From a virus: DNA of 64,000 bases. Location: positions 5,963 through 69,962 of IMG/VR virus record IMGVR_UViG_3300032291_003063; one strand, given 5' to 3'. Below are positions 58,929 through 64,000 of this stretch, piece after piece. The notes under the pieces are model-generated. The model did no database searches, was not told the DNA's origin, and saw nothing but the letters and a program-made list of their open reading frames with translations. The first letter of the stretch is position 1. Each line of letters starts with the position of its first letter. Made by a program: the position numbers and the translations under genes.

Positions 58929-61629
58929 TCTAAAACCGACAGAAGGCATGGCCCGAGAGGCTCAACGCGCCATCGACTGGCGTAAAGAAGGACACCCCGG
59001 AGGAACTCCGGTGGGCTGGGCCAGAGCCAGGCAACTAGTAAACCGACAGCAACTATCCCCTCGAACAGTCAAGCGTATGCACAGCTTTTTTAGCCGTCAC
59101 GAAGTTGATAAACAGGGAGAGGGCTTTTCTAGCGGACCAAACTACCCATCTAAAGGCCGAGTTGCCTGGGGACTTTGGGGTGGAGACCCCGGACAGACCT
59201 GGGCTCGCGCTAAATGTGCGGCACTAGACAAGTCCCTGAACGATTATGGAGTTTCATGCCCCACAGTTACTCATAATGCTGAACTTAACCTTGCTAATCA
59301 TTTAATTGCTATTGAGGAAGCTGGACTAGGTCCTGCAAATCCGAATGCTCCTGAGAATGAGTTCTGGGCTGAAAAAGCCTCCGAATGGAATATCTCTGAG
59401 CCCGAAGCACGCAATAGGCAATGCCAAAACTGTGAGTACTATAAAAATACCCCAAAGATGCTAGAATGTTTGAGGTCTTCAACGTTGAAGGCTTCTGATC
59501 TTCCAGTAACCCCAAAGTGGACCGATGTTAGTACCCCAGCTGGATACTGCACACAATTTGATATTACTTGTACAGCTACTAGAACCTGCTCTGAGTGGGA
59601 CCCTCAGGAGTTTGTCGAGGACGATATGGAGAAACTTATGAACAAAGTATTTACTTTGGACTCCACAATCAAGGCCATAGAAGATACTAGTACTGAGCTT
59701 CGAATTGAAGGGTATGCTAGTACAGATGCTCTTGATAGGGCTTCGGATAAAATTCTTCCATCGGCTTGGACTAAAGGAGGCCTAAACAATTATAAAAATA
59801 ATCCTATTCTTCTGTTTAATCACAATTATAGTGAACCTATTGGCAGAGTAACAGAAATTGCCACAGATGCAACGGGACTAAAGATCAAGGGTGTTATCAG
59901 CAAAAGCGCTGGAAGAGTTTATGACCTTGTAAAAGAGCGTATTCTTACAACTTTCTCGGTTGGATTTAAGATTAAAGACGCCGATTATGATAAGAGCAAC
60001 GATGGTTTAATCGTTAAGGATGCCGAACTTCTAGAGGTATCCGTAGTTACAATCCCATGTAATCAAGACGCAGTATTTTCTATTGCCAAGTCTTTTGACA
60101 ATATAGCGGATTACGAACAATATAAAAGTGTATTTGTTAACAACGAAGTAAAGACTTCCGCAGTAGCTACTACACAGAGCGGTGCCAAGGCACCAATGGA
60201 GAGAATAAAAATGGATTCTGTTGATTTCGCAGCTCTAGTTGAAAAGACTGCTAAAGACACTGCCGAAAGAATTGTAACTGCCCAAGCCGAAAAGGCTGCC
60301 GCAGAAAAGGCAATTGTTGACGCTGCTAATGCTAAGGCTGCTGAAGAAGCTGCTGCTACCGAAAAGCTTCTAACCGCAGTTACATCGGGCATGAAGAGCG
60401 GTGCTGAACGCCTTATCTCTGACATGGAGTCAAAGCTGGCTTCCAAGGAAGCCGACCTTTCTAGTATCATTGACGAAAAGATCAATGCTCTAAAGGAAGC
60501 TAGCGACGAAATGATGAAGATGCGTGATTCTAAGCGTGTATTTGCCGACCGTGGTCGTGGCAATGGCGACTGGAAGAGCGACAAGGGTCTCTACAATGAA
60601 GTAGAAGACGCTTATATTCTAGGTGTAGCTACCAACAAGGGTTGGAATACAGACTACGGTAAGGAAGTAATGGAAAAGGCCAACACTCAGTCGGGTGTTG
60701 TAGTTCCTACTGATGACTACGAGCGTGAAGTTTCGACAAATATTGAGCGTGATATTCAGTTGGGTCTCGTACTAGCCCCTCTATTCCGTGAGATTCAACT
60801 ACGTAGCGCAAACCTGATCGTTCCGATCCTACCTGACGCTGGTTACGCTGAAATCACTGCCAACCAAACTGGCTCTGGCTCAAGCCCAAATGGTAACTTA
60901 GAGGCCCGTGGTGCTGCCTTCGGTTCTCCGTACGGTGGTGTTACAATGTCTTCGGTGACTCTTAGCACTGTAAAGCTAGTAGCACACAGCTTCCTTGGAA
61001 ACGAAACAGAAGAAGATGCGATCATTCCTATTCTTCCTCTTATTCGTGAGTCCCTAATTCGTGCGCATGTTCGTGGTGTTGAAAACGCCATGCTGCTAGG
61101 AAACCACACTACTGGTGTTTACACCTCTGGCGCTTTCAACGGTCTGGTTCAGATTGCTTCGACCAGCTCACGCAACCTTCAATCTGCAACTGCACAAGCT
61201 TCCGAGTCTCTAACAGGGACTCAGCTGCTAAATGCACGTAAGAACATGGGTAAGTACGGCGTAAACCCACGTGACGTTATTTACATCGTATCACTAGGTG
61301 AGTACTACAACCTACTTAAGGATACTGCTTTCCAGGACTGGAACCAAGTTCAAAATGACGCAATCAAGATGACTGGTGAAGTAGGCATGATCTACGGCTC
61401 TAAGGTTATTGTTTGTGACGAGTTTGCAAGCCCGGCCGTTTCGAGGCACTATGCTGTTGCTGTTAATCCTCGTAACTTTGTTGTTCCTCGTCTACGTGGT
61501 GTAACCATTGAGAACGACTATCAGCCAAGAAACCAAAATACGGCAATTATTACAACTCAGCGTATTGGATTCTCTGAGGTAATTGCTGGTGCTACAGCGC
61601 TAACCAGCCTACAATACAAGGCTACTTAA
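58918..61629 (+). CDS. Single ORF: N-terminal accessory domains, HK97 prohead protease and major capsid protein
   Basis: Protease motifs IEGYAST, LFNHN, FSVGF, LLEVSVV from about 59638; coiled delta domain and HK97 capsid from about 60211; no in-frame stop. Confidence 0.85.
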   Translation: MEIDLKPTEGMAREAQRAIDWRKEGHPGGTPVGWARARQLVNRQQLSPRTVKRMHSFFSRHEVDKQGEGFSSGPNYPSKGRVAWGLWGGDPGQTWARAKCAALDKSLNDYGVSCPTVTHNAELNLANHLIAIEEAGLGPANPNAPENEFWAEKASEWNISEPEARNRQCQNCEYYKNTPKMLECLRSSTLKASDLPVTPKWTDVSTPAGYCTQFDITCTATRTCSEWDPQEFVEDDMEKLMNKVFTLDSTIKAIEDTSTELRIEGYASTDALDRASDKILPSAWTKGGLNNYKNNPILLFNHNYSEPIGRVTEIATDATGLKIKGVISKSAGRVYDLVKERILTTFSVGFKIKDADYDKSNDGLIVKDAELLEVSVVTIPCNQDAVFSIAKSFDNIADYEQYKSVFVNNEVKTSAVATTQSGAKAPMERIKMDSVDFAALVEKTAKDTAERIVTAQAEKAAAEKAIVDAANAKAAEEAAATEKLLTAVTSGMKSGAERLISDMESKLASKEADLSSIIDEKINALKEASDEMMKMRDSKRVFADRGRGNGDWKSDKGLYNEVEDAYILGVATNKGWNTDYGKEVMEKANTQSGVVVPTDDYEREVSTNIERDIQLGLVLAPLFREIQLRSANLIVPILPDAGYAEITANQTGSGSSPNGNLEARGAAFGSPYGGVTMSSVTLSTVKLVAHSFLGNETEEDAIIPILPLIRESLIRAHVRGVENAMLLGNHTTGVYTSGAFNGLVQIASTSSRNLQSATAQASESLTGTQLLNARKNMGKYGVNPRDVIYIVSLGEYYNLLKDTAFQDWNQVQNDAIKMTGEVGMIYGSKVIVCDEFASPAVSRHYAVAVNPRNFVVPRLRGVTIENDYQPRNQNTAIITTQRIGFSEVIAGATALTSLQYKAT

Positions 61630-61635
61630 TAGTTA

Positions 61636-61671
61636 AGAGGGGGAGTTTAAACGAACTCCCCCTCGTTTTTT
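61636..61671 (+). terminator. Intrinsic terminator after the capsid gene
   Basis: gagggggagtt-taaacg-aactccccctc followed by gtttttt. Confidence 0.8.
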
Positions 61672-61680
61672 AGGAGTGAC

Positions 61681-62259
61681 ATGAATTTAATTAGTTTAGA
61701 AGACTATAAAACCTATAAGGGTATTGCTGGGTTTACAGAGGACTCTAAAATCACTCCTTTGATTGCCTCAGTAAGCCAACTGATTAAGACCTACTGCAAT
61801 AGGCAGTTTTTGGACTATTACGCTGTAGACCTAACTGAGTTCTTTACCGTAACATGGGAAAGTACCGTACTTAGACTAAAGGAAGTTCCCGTAGTATCTA
61901 TTACAAGCGTTGCTGAACGTGAGAATGTTTCTAGCGCCTATGTGACATTAGATGCATCTGAGTTCTATTTAGACCCTTTTACAGACAGTATCTATAGAGT
62001 AGACGGCTCGGAGTTTAAGCCTTTTAAGATGGGCCCAGGGGCAGTCAGAGTTATTTATAAGGCGGGCTATGCAACTTGCCCAGAAGATTTAAAACTAGCG
62101 ACCATTGATATGGTAAACTACTATTTTAAAGAGGACTATAAGACAGCTAGGTCTATTGGAACCGCTTCTATGCAGGGGCCGAGTACAAATAGAAATATAG
62201 TTGGTAGTGCTGCTTTTCCGGACCATATTAAGCGAGTTCTTGATCTATATAGGTTATAA
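61681..62259 (+). CDS. Head completion / head-tail adaptor (T5 p144-like)
   Basis: YKAGY..PEDLKLA, FPDHIKRVLDLYR; synteny. Confidence 0.8.
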   Translation: MNLISLEDYKTYKGIAGFTEDSKITPLIASVSQLIKTYCNRQFLDYYAVDLTEFFTVTWESTVLRLKEVPVVSITSVAERENVSSAYVTLDASEFYLDPFTDSIYRVDGSEFKPFKMGPGAVRVIYKAGYATCPEDLKLATIDMVNYYFKEDYKTARSIGTASMQGPSTNRNIVGSAAFPDHIKRVLDLYRL

Positions 62260-63446
62260 TGGCTAAAGCCGACTTACAGAGACTTCTAGCGGAGTTAGAA
62301 ACGGATGTTGAGGAATATAGAGTGGAAACAGACAAGTTTCCACACGTGCTTAGAGTAAGTCCGGGAGACGTTTATAAGCAAATACTTGCTCAGTTAAAAC
62401 TATCCAAGGTTGTACCCACTGGGGGCCAGTTTGCTAGAATAGGTCGACTGTCTTTAGATGCATACTCTATGATTAAAAAAGATGCAAGCCGTACAGTTAT
62501 GAAGAACACTGTAGTTGAAGAGATAGGAGATGTGTTATACGTACACACTAGCGGCTTAGGGAACAACTTTAGAAGTATTAAAAAGGCTGTAACTGCTAAG
62601 GCTCGAAACTACCTACTAACAGAACTAAACAAAACGTTTTCTACTAATATTATAGCGGACGACTTTTTAGATACCGGGCACCATAAGTCTGTAGGAGAAC
62701 TACAGGTAGCAGTTGGTATAGATAATAATGCTACGGCTCAAAGTATGAGATCGACATTAATGAGAGAAATACCAGACTTAGTTGATATCTACAGTATTAA
62801 GAGTTATTTTAATACTAAAGGGGACAAAGTCTTTGAAGTTTACGTAGAGCTAGAGTCTGCTAAAGCTAACAGAGGAAAGCTTGAGGATAGGGCTAAAAAA
62901 GCGAGAATAGTTGCCGGGGTACAGAAGTTTATTGCTTCTCACCCATGGGCCTATCAGGAAGCTTCGGACTCCAAGGTGCGGCAGGTCGTAAAAACTATTA
63001 ATTTAGCTTTTAATGAAAACGCTCCTAAGCCGAATACCACACCCTCTTCTGCAACTACGAAAAGAACCACCAAAGTCAAAACTAGCAATATCGGGTTAGA
63101 TCTTACACTAAAAGGCATAAAGCCTAAAAAATCCTCGATTAATCTAGTCAGCATAATAAATCAAAAACTCCCCGAAGAGATTCGCAGAAGAATGACGTAT
63201 CCTCGACTAGTTTATAGAACGGGCAGATTTGCTAATAGTGCAAGAGTTGTATCACAAGTACAGAATGACACTAGCATAACTTTTGCGTATACGTACCAAA
63301 AGAACCCCTACCAGATATTTGAGATGGGGGCAGGCGCCGCACCTTGGGCTACGCCAGATAGAGACCCAAGAAGAATAATTGATGATTCTATTAGATCCAT
63401 TGCTAGAAGCCAAATGGAAGGTAGATTTTATACTAGGAGAATTTAA
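62259..63446 (+). CDS. Tail completion protein (T5 p143-like)
   Basis: L.YRTGRFANS, Y.K.PY..FE, RDPR.II..SIR.IA. Confidence 0.75.
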   Translation: MAKADLQRLLAELETDVEEYRVETDKFPHVLRVSPGDVYKQILAQLKLSKVVPTGGQFARIGRLSLDAYSMIKKDASRTVMKNTVVEEIGDVLYVHTSGLGNNFRSIKKAVTAKARNYLLTELNKTFSTNIIADDFLDTGHHKSVGELQVAVGIDNNATAQSMRSTLMREIPDLVDIYSIKSYFNTKGDKVFEVYVELESAKANRGKLEDRAKKARIVAGVQKFIASHPWAYQEASDSKVRQVVKTINLAFNENAPKPNTTPSSATTKRTTKVKTSNIGLDLTLKGIKPKKSSINLVSIINQKLPEEIRRRMTYPRLVYRTGRFANSARVVSQVQNDTSITFAYTYQKNPYQIFEMGAGAAPWATPDRDPRRIIDDSIRSIARSQMEGRFYTRRI

Positions 63447-63889
63447 TGAGAGAGTATACATCTAGAAGAATGGCTATTGTAAATGCTTTAGCAGAACAAA
63501 TAGCCAAGATAGATGGCTCTGGAGAGTACAGAACGATAATTTCTAATGTATCTCCTAGACTTAAATTCTGGGATGAAATTCAGGAATTCCCCGCAGTTCA
63601 CTTAAATCCAGGGGCAGAAACTAGGCAGTATCAAGGCGGTGGTTATAAAGATAGATTTATGACTGTTACGGTTAGGTGCTACGTAAGAGAAGAAAATTCT
63701 CTAGAAGCCTTGGAAGCGCTCCTTGAAGATGTTGAAACTGTAATTGAAGAAAACAGTAGGTTGGCATACTTTGACTCTCAGGGAGCGCAACAATATACAC
63801 AACAAATAACCATAGTCGGTATTGATACCGATGAAGGTGCCTTAGAACCTCTAGGAGTCGGAGAAATCCAACTAGAGGTTAGATATTAG
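63446..63889 (+). CDS. Tail terminator (T5 p142-like)
   Basis: RLKFWDEIQEFP, TDEG.L.PLG.GE. Confidence 0.75.
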   Translation: MREYTSRRMAIVNALAEQIAKIDGSGEYRTIISNVSPRLKFWDEIQEFPAVHLNPGAETRQYQGGGYKDRFMTVTVRCYVREENSLEALEALLEDVETVIEENSRLAYFDSQGAQQYTQQITIVGIDTDEGALEPLGVGEIQLEVRY

Positions 63890-63953
63890 AAAATTCCTAA
63901 CCACGAACAAAGGTTCAAGAGTTACGACTTTTCAGGTCTTATAGGAGAAGCCC

Positions 63954-64000
63954 ATGCCAATTGCAGAAGGCGCTAGCAATCTATTTTTCAACAGAGATAC
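63954..64000 (+). CDS. Start of probable major tail tube protein (truncated by the window edge)
   Basis: AGGAG RBS; position after p142; LFFNRD start. Confidence 0.5.
   Translation, partial: MPIAEGASNLFFNRD

Overview
About half or more of a T5-like (Demerecviridae-type) siphophage genome, probably infecting an alphaproteobacterium. The host call rests on a two-piece permuted tmRNA with an ANDN...ALAA tag, a tRNA-His with A73 and no G-1, and many leaderless genes. Left to right: a Gly-rich fibre-like gene and lysis cassette (+); the T5 replication and recombination block (nrdAB, D15-D10, thyX, polA, primase, helicase, D5, split NAD ligase, D3; -); a ~1.3 kb structured non-coding transcript; an array of 26 tRNAs covering all 20 amino acids, interleaved with about 8 unexplained structured RNAs and an HNH cassette that has split a tRNA gene; auxiliary genes (speD, D2, 2OG-Fe oxygenase, denV-like, tmRNA, glycosyltransferase, grx, bS21, SleB, epimerase); a pre-early-like region (44-55.5 kb) built from about 15 repeated back-to-back promoter/palindrome cassettes; then terminase, portal, a fused protease-capsid ORF and head/tail completion genes (+). 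All calls come from reading the sequence and recalling protein families. No searches or folding programs were run.
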